Positions 1 to 26,662 of a stretch of 64,000 nucleotides of DNA are shown one piece after another. The DNA comes from Hormiphora californensis. Its lineage: Eukaryota > Animalia > Ctenophora. The notes beneath the pieces were generated by a model. That model saw only the letters and a list, made by a program, of their open reading frames with translations. It was not told the origin of the DNA and ran no database searches. The DNA is taken from assembly GCA_020137815.1 (NCBI GenBank), contig CM035359.1, positions 2,356,001 to 2,420,000 of the forward strand, read 5' to 3'. A program made the translations under genes and the position numbers. The first letter of the stretch is position 1. Each line of letters starts with the position of its first letter.

Positions 1-3000
1 AGGGGCTACACCTCAGTGGACCCCTCCATTCCCTTGCCCATACAAGCTTGAGGGGGAGATGCAGAAAACAATCGATGAGATGGTGAAAACGAATGTGGTG
101 GAGATCCTTCCGCAACGGTCAGATTGGAACTCACCAACATTCCTGGTACGAAAGAAAACACCTAAAGGGCAGCCTCAGCGTTACAGGCTTGTGTGCGACC
201 TAAGGAACGTGAACAAGATGTGTATGCCAGCAAAACTTCCCATTGGCTCATTTGGATCATGTCTTGGATAAAATCGGCCAGGACAAGATATTCTCCTCTT
301 TTTGACCTTACCCGAGGATACTGGCAGCTTCCCTATGATGAATCCTCGAAACAGATCACTGCCTTCTTGTATAAGAACACCCAGTACGCATTCTCGAAGA
401 CAGTGATGGGACATCGATCATCCGGACCATCTTTCTGTGATATGATGAATCGTCTGCTCGGATCTCTCCCGATAGAACAAGTTGTCCAAATTTGTGGACG
501 ACCTCCTCCTATCTTCTGTCACAGCTGACCAGCACCTTGATCGGTTGGAACGGCTTCTATCCAGATTGTATGGTGCGAACCTCAAGATTTCACCCGACAA
601 AAGTCAGCTGATGAGAGATTGCAGTTGATTTCGTTGGAGGTTCGTGTCAGCGGTGGCGGTATAAGTATCACTGAAGACCGTGTAGCTGACCTCCTAGCAC
701 TCCGTGAGCCTGAATCAAAGAAAGAGGTCATGCAAGCAATGGGTGCCCTGAACTATGTGAGAAAGTGGATTCCAGCCTACAGTTCTATCAGTAAGCCAAT
801 ATTCGCTTCTATACGCGGGGGAAAGGAGTGCAAGTTCAAATGGACCAAAGAGTGTAGTGAAGCGTACGCCAAGCTGAAGCAGCTCGTCGCGGAAAGTACA
901 CAGCTTGCAATACCGAATCCGAGGATCCCTACAGCTCCTACTGGGTCACACTAGATGCCAGTGAGCGAGGTTTAGGTGCCTCCTTATCCAGGAATGGGTA
1001 ACCATGATGGAGTAGAGGAACGAAGACGATTGTCGATTACATATAAGCCAGAGCATCCCCCAGAGTACAAGAAATCGCGCAGGACAGACGAAAGCTGAGT
1101 TGAGGCTCTATCCCGCAGCAATCCAAAACACTGGGACCATCTATCTTTACAACGTGGAAGAGTTTTGTCTCATCATAACAGACTGTTTATCCTATGGTTA
1201 AAGCCGAGGGTACCCTTTTCACGAAACCAGGACAACGCGCGGTTTGATCAAGAAAAGTCTGAAGTTAGCCGAATTCACACTTCAAAACTCCGGACATTTT
1301 TAAGTGGCCGAAAAACAAGATGGTGACTGGTTGTTCGAGGTGTCAGCCTTCGCCAACCCAAGGAACGAAGCCGCCGAAACACAAACGACACGCACAATCA
1401 TGAAGATTTGACTAAAGTGTGTTCAGGTGTAATCTATTGCGATAGAAACAAAACGCAAGAGAGATACAAACACAAATGTCGTCCGAAAGATACCTGGAGG
1501 ATCGTCACAAAAAACTACACAGCAGTCCGAAGCAGACACAGAAAAGGAACTGAAGCAGGGACACCAGAGTCCGAAAGGCCAGACACGAGTCCAACCATGA
1601 GATCGTTTTAGCAGCGACATGGATACAGGAACGTACAACGTCTACTGAAGATTCATACTGAAGAATAATCTCTGGCGACAACACGACCTCACCTACGTTT
1701 AGGACAGTGACCAAAGCGAGTGCGAAGTCTTATAATCGTTACAGAGCACTCAGTTTCCGGAAGCAATCGTTACTCACGGAGATAAAATACTTCAGTAAAC
1801 GGAGACGAGGGGTCAACCCACCCGAATCAGTGTGGATGAAAACAGCCACACGAAACATGAGAGTATTGGCTCGGAAGAAAATCTAGGCCTATGCAAGATA
1901 CTCGACAATCTGGTGAGCTGTGAAGAGATAACCACCCATCCAATAAAAGTCATGAATGAAGATAACGAAAGCAGAAGAAGAATGGTCATATGAGCAGGAG
2001 ATTCATTGTTTATGCGCATCGATCCAGCAAAACGGGGTAGATATCCCCGTAGCAGGAAAGACATGGACTGAATGGGAAACTGCCCAGGAGCAAGATGACA
2101 TTCTAAAATTAGTGAAAAAAATTGGGTGAGTGACGGGAATAGACAAGTGGTACAAGCCAACAGGGCCCCACCTGATCTAGAGTCTTTGTGGAAACAATAC
2201 CAGCTGCTCCGGTTAGAGGATGGTGTTTTGCAAAGAAAATGCTCGATATAAAGACAAATGATCCAACTGGCTGATCGTGGTACCTATGAAGGAGCGAGAA
2301 GAGCTTATCAAGACAGGCTCATGACTTCCACACAGGTCACGCGGAGTCAGTGCAACAGTTGATCACCTTCGAAGAAACTTTTACTGGCCGGCACAGCCCA
2401 AACAAGTCGGACTATACATCGGCCAGTGTGTGAATTGTGCATCCAACAAACAGCGTCAACAGACCTTCCAAGCCGAGATGGCCACATTGTGTTGTCACGA
2501 GTTCAACGCTGTGATAGTAATAGATCATATCGTTCCAGAAGCCCCGTGGATCGACAGAAAGAGGCAAACAAGAACGTCTTATCAATCACAGACGTATATT
2601 CAAACTTTCTAGTTGCAGTACCTACAAAAACCCAATCATCCATTGAGAGCCGTGAGAAAATTCCTGGCTAATTGGATATGGAAGTTCGGTGGCCGAGAGA
2701 AATAATCTGTGATCAACATCAAAAACTTCAACGGCAAAGAATTCAAGGATTTCTTCGAAAAGCTAAACGTGAAAGTTCAACACGGCCAAGCATATTCAGC
2801 CCGCAGTACGTGCGTGCCATGAAATAGCAGCAACCCAAAAAGACCCTCGATCGACTCCTCAGATTGCCACCACACATGTTTGAACTCCAACCAGACAAGC
2901 ATCTGGGACTTCGCACACCTCGTCTTCCGAAACCAGTCGCTGTTTCAAGCACTAACAAACACCACGCACCAGAAATTATCAGCCACAGGAATAGAGCAAA

Positions 3001-3820
3001 AGGAGGGCTTCACGGCACAACAGGATTGTATTGGCACAGAAACCAAACATGCCTGATGCGTTACACTTCGCCGACCATGATAAAAAGCCGGATAAGACTC
3101 CACAGATGGGCATTCCAGCGATCCGTCTACCAACCCGCCTACCGGAAATCTGTAACTTGCACGCCAGTAGGGGCGGAGACTCACCGCAACGGATCCTACG
3201 GGGCAGGAGCGATATTTACGGGGAAATGAGACCTAATAGAGGCAACCAAAAAAGCAATTCAACAAGAGACTAAATGAACCCGGAGCTTGCAATTGGAGAT
3301 CAAGTTCTGGTGAAAATCCCGTGCCCGGTTCATAAATTTGGACCTAGGTTCGAGGGACCCTTCTCGGTGAGCGAAGTGATCAAGCCCTTACCTCTACAGA
3401 GTGAAGATGAACGTGGGAAACAAGGTTATCGGTGTGGGAAAGTTGAAGTTGTATGCACGCAAAACTGTAGAGTGCAGGAATTCGGAGAAACCGAAGGATA
3501 ACATAACGACCAAATCAAACGCACTTCCAACGCCAGTGCAGCATGGAAATGCAGATCATCCGGATCGTAACGAAACAGTAGTTGAAATCGTGCCAACACC
3601 AGAGAAACCCAAAGATGACCAAGAGATAGCTGAAACCTCTACTCCAACACAAGAGCAACCCGAATATGACCAAAACGAAGCGGAAACATCTTCTCTAGAC
3701 CAAACCTTGGAAGAATTGGAGCAACAGCAAAATGACCCCGTGGACCGAGAGGAAAGACTCGAACCGGAATGGAGAGGACGACTACGCTCAACCATAACGG
3801 GCGTGAAACGGTTTGTGTAG
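1..3820 (+). mobile_element. pol: Ty3/Gypsy LTR retrotransposon pol (RT-RNaseH-integrase), degenerate and frameshifted; the 5' part lies outside the window
   Basis: RT motifs across frames: 'SDWNSPTFLVRKK..YRLVCDLRNVNK', 'FDLTRGYWQLP..SKQITAF', 'MGHRSSGPSFCDMMNRLL', and FVDDLLL at about 491. Connection region 'GALNYVRKWIP..FKWTKEC', then RNase H 'TLDAS'. Integrase Zn finger (H..GH..FYWP, CVNC at about 2320-2440), core 'IDHI..LSITDVYS', and C-terminal 'GDQVLVK..KFGPRFEGPF'. RT-RH-INT order indicates Gypsy. Confidence 0.93.
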
Positions 3821-4136
3821 CTCTGTTATAACCGTTGGACCTTGTTGACCTTGATCAAGGCCTATCTGATAACATCAATGTTAATTCATTTGTCGGCCGA
3901 CTGGATTTGTCTTGATATGGTCACCTGACTCTTGACAGCTGTATTACAATTCTGAATTTCCTGGTACTGCCTGTCAACCAGTGGCGAATAACTTGCTAGC
4001 TTGTTTAAACCTCCATTCCTGGTCCCAACTGCTGCTAATTCTGGTGAATTCATCTCCGCATTGAGGATAATCTGCTGATGCTCCAGAAGTTAAGATCATA
4101 CCATTACGGTACGATCTCCCCTGTATATTTCTCGAA

Positions 4137-4468
4137 GTTGAGTATTCTCGACACAAAGCTAAGGTCCCTTGGGGCTTAAATATCATGTCACCGATACAAT
4201 GTTGAGAATTCTCGACGATTCACACCACGTCCGGATTTCATTTCAAAACAGTTATGTTGAGCACACTCGACAACCCCAGTTAAAGTTCTTCTGAACTTAA
4301 ATATTTAAAAAACAGCTATGTTGAGCACTCTCAACACTCCAAGTTAAAGTTCCTCTGAACTTAAATATTCAAAAACAGCTATGTTGAGCATTCTCGACAA
4401 CCCCCAGTTAAAGTTCTTCTGAACTTAAATATTTATAAACCCCGAAAATGTTGAGTATTCTCGACAAC
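4137..4468 (+). repeat. Tandem ~55-67 bp repeats with hairpin motifs in the retrotransposon 3' region
   Basis: Motif GTTGAGnA(T/C)(T/A)CTC(G/A)AC at 4137, 4201, 4256, 4320, 4383 and 4450. Three copies also carry AAGTTC(T/C)TCTGAACTT. Confidence 0.85.
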
Positions 4469-4880
4469 AACCATCCTACTACTGTATGCTGTCTTGTGTG
4501 TCCGATTTGGGCAGCTCGTTCTCGTCTAAGTCTAACTGAACCTATAAACTCTATAACTGAGTGTCCGTACGGGCAACTCACCACCTGTATCAGAACTTTT
4601 AATTTTATACACCCAGAAACAAATATGTTATGATCCAGTTAAAGTGCGTTATTGAGACACTAATTGTTGAAAGAAAACAAAAGAGAGTAATAGAAAGAAA
4701 ACAAGTTATTATTTTAGAGCCTTGAGCTCATTTTATCGAACCTGGTGCTATTTTATTTTAGCCAGCGACTCAGTATTTTATACATTTTAAACCTTTTTTA
4801 TACACTCATTTATAATCGGTGTGAAACATGAACGATTTTTAGTAATTTATTATTTCGTAAACGAGTTTTAGAACAGGACG

Positions 4881-5571
4881 TGTTTTTTTAGCTCATCTCA
4901 TCCACCCCTGCATTTGCCAGTGTGTAGAAATCACGTATCGAGATCATTCCCTAGTATCATTCTCTCAGTCAGATAGTCGATCACACATCCTGCCCTCCCA
5001 TCCCTTACACTTGTATTTTGTGAACCATGTATACTCTTTCTCGATATTCGTTTATTTTCATCGTCCCGTGCTCATGGTACAGTTCTGGGCTATTCTGTCG
5101 AGGACACCGTGTCACCGGCTCAAAGGAGTCGGTGGCAACGGCGCTTTTTGTCCTTGATGGAATGGTGCAGAACTGGGCCAGCCCTGTGTGTTTGTGTGTG
5201 CGTGTGTGTGAGAATGTGTGTTTGTGTCTGTGTCCTATCGCGAAGGTGCTTGTTTTGACGCTGAGTTCTATTAAAAGCACAGCATCTTCGCGCGCGCGTG
5301 TGTGTCGCTTTGGTGACACGCGCTGCGCGTTTTCTGAGATCTGAGAGAGAAGAGCGATTGGTGTTTTGAGAGTGAGTTTTCTTTTGTCGGAGCGAAGCAA
5401 CTTTCAAAAGCGTGTGTTCTCTTAGTCAACTGAACTGTAACAATCCTTTACCGTTACTTTTACATTCACAAAAATAAAAGACAACGTGTTTACTTTCGCC
5501 TTTACGCTCCAGCTGACGGGTACGCCCCATACGTGTCACGAAACCACCCCAAGAACGTCCCTTTCCAAACA
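4881..5571 (+). mobile_element. Putative 3' LTR of the Gypsy element
   Basis: Starts TGTTT after a purine-rich stretch (AGAACAGGACG) and ends AAACA, giving TG...CA inverted ends. TATA-like TATTAAAA at about 5269 and AATAAA at 5473. The 5' LTR is not in the window, so the boundaries cannot be confirmed. Confidence 0.55.
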
Positions 5572-6377
5572 CCCCCGATTGCCGTCCTTACTTTACACCA
5601 TACTCATTGGGGTAAATCGTTAATTGTAGGGCCAGATCATGTACTGTACATGCACAGTACATGATCTGGCGACTGGCCCTACATGTATACCTGGTACTTG
5701 GCGCCATTGCCGCCTGTCTGCTTCACAGACAGCTCGATCTCGGTCGCTGCGCGACCTCGATCTCGCACGCACTAGGTGTCAATGTCACCAAACCTGGTAC
5801 ATTGTACCATGTACACTGTTATACTTGCAAGTTGCACCTTGACCTAGAAACAGAATTGTATTGTTAAAGGTATCTAGCTGAAATACTAATTTAAACAAAC
5901 CTGGAATTGAAACATCGAAAAAAGAAATAGTTTTCAGCTGGTGAAATGTTAAGGAAAAAGGGTTTTCTGTGTATTTAACCAACCCAACTACATGAAAATA
6001 CTGGGGAGGGGTTCGTGCCATACCAATTAACAATTCCTCGTATATAAAGCACTTACTAGGGCTTATCAAGGAAAGGCCGAGCTGGAACTCACACATCCGT
6101 GCAAATTGTACTACAATAGTGTGCTCAAAATAGCCACTGACCACTGAGAGTGACTCGAAAACGTGAAAGGTCTTTCTATGCTGTCAGGCCAATGCTCTGA
6201 AAGTTTTATATGGTACCATGTACTTTAACAAGTGGAGTTTTTGAAGAAATTAGACAAAAAGACAAGCGCTTGCTGAAAATACAAAACAATCTTTCAAATA
6301 GAAAACACTCACTAGATTTTTAACGATGCCGCTTTTAGTTCACACGCTCAATTTGTGCGGGATGAGATTGTCTTTAA

Positions 6378-7805
6378 TTGGCCCAACTAAAGGCATGCAG
6401 AGAGAATAATATTCATTTCATTAACTGACAATGTGTCTACAACACGCGATAACAAATGAACACATGTTAAGTTATTCATAATTATTCATTATATGTACAT
6501 ATGCATAAAGTCGGATTTTTTGAAGTTGTCAGAAGGTTCCTGGTTCCAACACAGTTGGATCCTTTAAAAAGATTTTTCGTGTGAGAAATTTTAATTTTAT
6601 TTTATTCATTTTATTTATTCACCAAACCCCAGAAAATAGCTTTCTGGATAAATAAAATGGCACCCGGTAAGTTGTGAATTGCTCAGTGCCCACGCTATCC
6701 GGCTATCGAGGAGCAACCCCTTTGTATGCCAAAAAAGAAATTCACTACTAAAACACAAGGATTGTTTCTACCCTGACTTACTCTTAATAGATTTTCATGA
6801 CCTCATGTACATAATTCATTACACAATTGAATAAATCTTTTAATGGATCCAACTGTGTTGGAACTTGGTGACATTGACACCTAGTGCGTGCGAGATCGAG
6901 GTCGCGCAGCGACCGAGATCGAGCTCGCACATAGGTGTCCGCTCCGCCCCCTAAAAAAGGGTCGTGTCTTTCAAGCCAAATTGCACGTGATCCACTGGAC
7001 CGATTTACATCCCGCTTGTTTCATGAGACTGCAAATTGGTCCTAGTTTACTGGAAAATACCCGAGAAGTTTGTCTGTCAACAGGAAGTGGGTCAAAATTG
7101 ACACTGAAGTCAAATCTATAATCTGGCTTCCGAGCCTTTTTGCACCACTCCCAGACGGTTTAGAATGAATCTGAGGGTATCAGAAGATAGGTTGAAGTCT
7201 TGTGAGTACTGGAAAATACCCGGCATCAAATTCTGATGCTATTTGTATCAACATATCTCCCAATATCTTCTAAACCGCATGGGCGAAGTGCAGAAACTCT
7301 CGGAAGCCAGATTATAGGTTTGACTTCAGTGTCAATTTTGACCCACTTCCTGTTGACAGACAAACTTCTCGGGTATTTTCCAGTATATAATATACTGGGT
7401 CGTTTCTTTCAAGAGATGTTGCACGCGATCCACAGGACCGATTTGCATCCGGTTTGTCGCAAAAGACTACAAATGATCCTAATATACTATATTAGGATCA
7501 TTTGTAGTCTTTTGCGACAAACCGGATGCAAATCGGTCCAGTGGATCGCGTGCAACATCTCTTGAAAGAAACGACCCTTTTTGAGGCGGAGCAGACACCT
7601 GTGTGTGAGCTCAATCTTGGTCGCGCACGGTGTCTATGTCACCAATGTTGGAACCTTCTAAATTATAAATATCATTTTTGAAATTATGTATAAGAACTAT
7701 ATGTGTTCAATTGTTATCGCGTGTTGTAGACCGGGAGACGAATAGCAATTGCCAGTTGATGAAACGAATATCATTCTCTCCATCATTTACATTCGTTGGG
7801 CCCAA
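6378..7805. mobile_element. Foldback-like or nested MITE complex with multi-level inverted repeats
   Basis: Outer arms 6378-6480 vs 7690-7805, then 6542-6561 vs 6845-6864, 7047-7133 vs 7299-7385, and a near-perfect internal palindrome at 7398-7576. 6866-6925 is also inverted at 5731-5789. The TAAAGTCGGATTTTTTGAAGTTGTCA TIR at 6506 is shared with the MITEs at 48253 and 49159. Confidence 0.75.
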
Positions 7806-8048
7806 AGTGTGCTAGAATAAAGAGTCAACTCTCATCTGAACATGAACAATTCAACACTTCTAGGCAGACATGTACGGCTAGACAGCCGGCGACTAAAAAC
7901 TCAGACTATCAGCGAGGAACTATAAAACATAGTCCGGCCTAACGTGTTGGAAGTTTGTGTAGTTAGTAGCTACCTCTACAGTTTTCACACCCCCGCTGTT
8001 GGACTCTACTCCAACTTGGAGTAGCGGACAAAAAATAAAGTTGTGTGT

Positions 8049-8448
<400 letters not shown>

Positions 8449-8628
8449 GAGAGGGAAATACATATTTCCGGCTAAATATTTTGTTGGTCATGTTGGTCAT
8501 GTTGTGCACCTTTGTAAACTACTTTGAGCCCAACACCTTTTCATCTGCATCACAAGGGCCGCCCTATCAGCAGACCGTGTTGTTGAGTTACTCAAAAAGT
8601 CAGGTGCTCGGCGGGAAGCCCTTTTTTG

Positions 8629-8691
8629 AAGTGGGGTTCGGACTGATTCTGAATAAATATTATTTATTCAGAATCAGTCTGAACCCCACTT
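8629..8691. repeat. Near-perfect 63-bp palindrome
   Basis: AAGTGGGGTTCGGACTGATTCTGAATAAAT-ATT-ATTTATTCAGAATCAGTCTGAACCCCACTT, with 1 mismatch. Confidence 0.9.
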
Positions 8692-8919
8692 ATTTAAAAT
8701 AAATAGTGTGTCGTTTGTAATATGAGGCAGGTAATCCAGGAAGAAGGATATGCTTAGCTCAAAGCCTAGCAGCACCAAAACGAATGGTATGGTAGAACTA
8801 CTACCCACAGTTCCAAATCATGGTACAATACCGGCCTCATTTCTCACGGTATATGCACGCACTGATAAGCGATAACAACCTTTTAACACTGTTTCATAAA
8901 ACAGAAACCGGCCGCGGTG

Positions 8920-9322
8920 CACCTGTCAGAGCATTGGCCTGACCCTATTCTCGCGCGAGAACTGTGGTCAGAGCATTGGCCTGACAGCGGTGCACCACAG
9001 TAAATCGGTATCGTCTGTCTGGCGGCGCCAGACCCCGATTTGATTCTCAGTGCGCTCAGATGGGGTCAGCGGCGCCAGACAGCAAAACGGGGTCTGGCGC
9101 TGCCAGACAGGCTGTGACGGCCAGGCCGGGTGTCTGTTCCCATACTCTCAATCCCATTTGCCCAGAGAAACCAAAACGGAGCTGCACATCTGTAAGATCA
9201 TTGGCCTGATCCAATTCTCATTTCTTTCAACTGTGGTCAGATGAGCATCTGTCTGGCGCCGCGACCCATCTGAGCGCACTGTCAATTTGAGAATCAAATG
9301 GGGTAAGGCGCCGCCATACAGC
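8920..9322. mobile_element. Cluster of GGCGCC-core MITE family copies
   Basis: CTGTCTGGCGCCGCGACCCATCTGAGCGCACTG..GAGAATCAAATGGGG..GGCGCC modules. The family recurs at about 12810-12858, 21682, 60701-60766 and 62360-63270. Confidence 0.75.
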
Positions 9323-10321
9323 ATGGAAGCAAGAAACAATTTCACCACGTGTTACACATGCAGGCTATATTATGAGAGTAGCTCCGATTTTGGTTTCTCC
9401 AGGATTTTGACAAATTAAAACTCAGACGGTTCACTTTCTATATATTGGAACCGAAATGCATACAATACACAATTGCCTCACACGGACACGAAGCTGATTT
9501 CACTTACCACCTCACATTGCACTCTAGCGGGTACTGACACTCTTTGAACGAGTCTTTGGACGAGTGAATCTCTGAAAATCTCATATATCAGCTACCTCAT
9601 CACAGTTCTATTATGGCTAGAAGTTGTCACATACTCTCTCTCTCTCTCGATAATGTTCCGTAAAAACTTGCTCTTATGCTTCTCTTCTTTCGCATTATTT
9701 ACACATACATAATATTACACAGGGGGTACAAATGGGGACATGGTATTATTACAATCAATTAACACACAAAAAGGGTGCTCTATCAATTAGATCAAGTCGG
9801 TTGCACTAATAAGGGATTAAGTAGCACAATCCTTGATCGATGTCTAATAAAGTTATGCGGGTGTTGGGAAAAAATCCTATTGAAACAGCTCAACTCAGCA
9901 GTACTCCAGGTCAGTTAGTTTTGACCTCGAACGCAACATGTTTGTAATTACATAAACATTATATTTGGTAGTGGCAGCAATTCCCTATAAAATCTGATGG
10001 GGCCGTTTTATCAAAAGCATTTGTAATTCTCGCTTTCTGTAACACTTTTTAGGAAATAAGTTAAAGTAGGTAGGTTGTTTTATAGATTCTCTCTCATTTA
10101 TATGTACAGAAAAAGTGTTGCCATCTATAATAAGGTAGAAAAATGGGGAGGTCATCATCATGATAACCAGCAGAAAATCGAGGAAAAAACACAGGAAAAC
10201 ATAGGAAAAAAACACATTTTGCCCTAAAATCATACCATGTATATCACTCTCCCAATATAACTTCACCTTTTTATTTGTGAACCAAAAAAACACACATTAA
10301 AATTTGATAAAATTTAATTGT

Positions 10322-23217
<12,896 letters not shown>

Positions 23218-23716
23218 CTAAACAATCTTTGAATCAGCTTCTAGATATATCAATCAGTTAAATATATTTGGGTAGATTTCGTTTTTTCAGAGAGAAATAT
23301 TAAAGCATACTATGGCAGATCTGTATGTAAAGCTCGCAGAACCCGACAAAGCATTTAGTTGCCTTGTTCGACCCTCCCTTTGAACAAACCAAGCATTTAG
23401 TCAACTATTTAACAGACAAAGAAATGCTCACCCCGATTCAGCAGGGAGAGAAATAGCAAGAGAATCAATGGTTGGACTATTTTATACCCGGGTTCTTCTT
23501 TGTAAGTTGGTCCCTTTGTATGTGACAAGTAGGAAGTAAAGTTACAAAGTGAAACACACTTCTTAGACAAGCGGGAAGTTACACTTCCACAACACGAGAA
23601 GAACGCACAGAAAATGAGACATTTATCAAATATTGGGACATGCCAAAAGATCTTGCAGTATAACTAGCTAGACATTGCGAAACTATTTAATCAACCACGT
23701 AGGTAGGTACATACTG

Positions 23717-23800
23717 CAGTCGGACCCCGATTCACCGGAAGCCCGATTCACCGGGCAAAACACTTTCCCCGGAGCATCTCGGTAAATCGGGGTCCTACTG
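23717..23800. mobile_element. Short MITE with CAGTCGGACCCCGATT TIR
   Basis: TIR CAGTCGGACCCCGATT..AATCGGGGTCCTACTG, same family as 27464-27635. Confidence 0.75.
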
Positions 23801-24030
23801 TGATCGCTCATAGGGGCACCAGGTATCATGCGCATCAAAGAAGTGTCACAGCAATAATGTAGCTTTTAGTGGAAACATGTCAAAGAAAATGGAATGTGTG
23901 ACAGACCTGTACGACAAATACACGTGACAGTATTTGCATGTGGAAGAGGACACATGTGTACATTCAGATACCTTAAAATAAAACCACAGGAAATTGAGTC
24001 TGTAATTAAAAATGTAGAGAGGGAGAGTGG

Positions 24031-24122
<92 letters not shown>

Positions 24123-25792
24123 AGAGAGAGAATGTGAATCATGAAGTTGCATGCAATTGTCTTTCAAACAACAAGCCAAAACAATTAAACACAAAACAAA
24201 CTTATACAACAACAAAGACAACTAAAACAAAGACTCTTTATGCAGTCTAGATGATGTTTATAGATCTGTAGCAGATGGACGTAGAGACAACAAGAGGATA
24301 TTTGAATGGTCTGTAGACGCTGTTAATTAGTACAATTGCGTTTGTTAGAATATGCCTTGTACTGGCTCTGATGAAATGAAATCTACAGCTATATAACGTA
24401 CATTCTCAGTTTATTATGTAGGCGTTGATTTAGCTTATATTGAGCTTCATGATTGACTAGAGTGGCAAAGTGATACATGCGAGCAAGTTGTGGCAGTGAA
24501 AGAGCGGAAGAAGGTATTATATCTGAAGAAAGTATATCGAACGAGATCACAGATCAACTGCACTCGTCACAAGACAGTGATGACTTGTTACTCCACAAGT
24601 GATGACATGATACATCGAGCATACACAACAAACATCAACAATTACCACATGCCGTACATATACAATGTACATTGGCATGTATGTGAACAAAGTACATATA
24701 TACAATCGACCACAGTTGCGGGCATTAGTTATACTGAATGAAGATTGAGAGCTATAAATTATGCTAATAAAACTGTAATTCACGTGACACGGTATAGTAC
24801 AATTAATGTTATAGTACCAGTAGTCGGCAACTTTCCAATGGAAACTAAAAACACAACGTACATGATCGCAAAGTTATTAGTCGATACAAATTACACACCC
24901 ACAAAACAGTCGAGAGAGAGGACATTATAACTACATTAGTATCAAAAGAGAGATGGCCGATGATCGATGAGTAAAGAAGAACGTTATACAATAGAGAGAG
25001 AACGAAGTTAAATGGAGGAACATGGAAGAAGGCATTGGAGACCACTTATATATACCGAAACGGAAACATGAAAAAAGAAGATGTGAAAGACCACTTTATG
25101 TGGACACTAATTATTCTGTGTTCAGGATAGATAAGAACAGAGAAGGAATAGCCAATTTATACAGACTTCCGTTTACAAGACTGCAGTAATTGCAGTATCC
25201 GTATACTGGAAATCGTCCTCTGAATAACATTTCCTGGAAATGCCATTTCCATATTTATCTCAAAAAGCTAGCACAATGACCGACTACTATCATTATCGTT
25301 AGGTTTGGATGTTCTTCATCATAGAAACTAGAAAGATCTTTTACAATAAATCAAGGTGGTTATTATAACAATATATTGTGTGATGTGTTATATATAAATA
25401 TCCGGCCGTAGAAATCTGTTGTCGAAGAAAGGACAGGTATCCCACCTCATACTGTGTACACTACTGCACAGGAGCAGGAGTGATGTGTTATAAGAGTCAT
25501 AGAGCTAGAGTGTCCTGGAGGTTGTTGAGTAAGGGTCGGTTACTCAACAACCTGGGGGTATATCATATGTCACATCATATAGGCAGCTTAATACTATGAG
25601 GTAGAGAGTTAAATAGATCGATCTTGAAAGTAAATAGGTATGTTGGATTTGTTGAGAAAGGGGTGAGAGACAACAGAGTTAGGAAATAAACCCAATAAAC
25701 TTCAATTGCCATGAAGCACAGTATAATTTGTTTTGTTCAAACCCGGGGCGCAGGGAGGGATCAGGGTCGAACAAGGCACAATATAATGAGAA

Positions 25793-26352
25793 TATACTAT
25801 TATTAAAGCAAATAGGGAAATCCTGTGTAACGTTTTTTGCCTTATATGGGATTTAGCACGTGCAGGTTTAGAGGTGGAGTACTACTAGCTGGAGTGGGGC
25901 CAGGGATGGGAGCCGTTGCCAATGGCATGGTTGCTACTGTGCTGCACGTGCATTTGATCTTGCTTTGTTGTGTGTGTTCCAGCTAAATATGCCTTCTTCA
26001 ACTACTGCTGATATAAGACAGCGACAGCTGGAGATAGTTACTGAAGCAAGATCTCAACGCCATTCTCAACTTTTCAATACACTGAGGGGTTTAGATGCAG
26101 CAACGCCTTTTTCGGAAAACCGGCTTGCAGCAACGCCAAGAGAACGAACAAGACGTTGTAGATTAAACAGACAAAACGCGAGGAATCAGCAAAATAGTAA
26201 GTTCTTTTATCACTTTGATCGCCTGATCATCATTAGCTGACGTTCTAAAACTCTCAGTCATGAATGGATACTGGCTAGGAACGGCTGCTGATGTTCCCTA
26301 ATCCAGCCACCATTTCCCTGAAATTCGCCCGTAGGGCGAACGGGTTTACTAG
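25793..26352 (+). mobile_element. Non-autonomous Helitron
   Basis: 3' hairpin TTCGCCCGTAGGGCGAA followed by CGGGTTTACTAG|T. The 5' end is A|TATACTATTATTAAAG. There is no TSD. The 3' end is shared with 51596-52186. Confidence 0.75.
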
Positions 26353-26382
26353 TACTTATAAAGAGTAGAAGAGGCATATATA

Positions 26383-26662
26383 CAGGGTGGTTCAGAAACA
26401 TGGAGCCACTTGGAGATAAAAGTTGGAAAAATACAATCCTCTCTCTATTGTACGGATCAAAATTTCAACGTGTTACCCTGTCAGTTGACAGGCTGATAAT
26501 TTTTATGAAAGAGTGACTCTCTGTCGATCTCAATCCTCAGGGGACACCTTTTCTAGTCAATAGACCGTGAAAATACGTTTTTAATTACACTGTACATTGG
26601 AGAGCGAACTGTATTGACACATTAGTTATCTCAAAGTGGCTCCATGTTTCTGAACCACCCTG
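26383..26662. mobile_element. Tc1/mariner-type MITE
   Basis: Perfect 29-bp TIR CAGGGTGGTTCAGAAACATGGAGCCACTT with TA on both sides. Confidence 0.9.

Noticed and set aside
4137-4468. CRISPR-like appearance (palindromic repeats at regular spacing)
   Set aside because: The context is eukaryotic, there are no cas genes, three spacers are near-identical, and it lies inside a Gypsy element.
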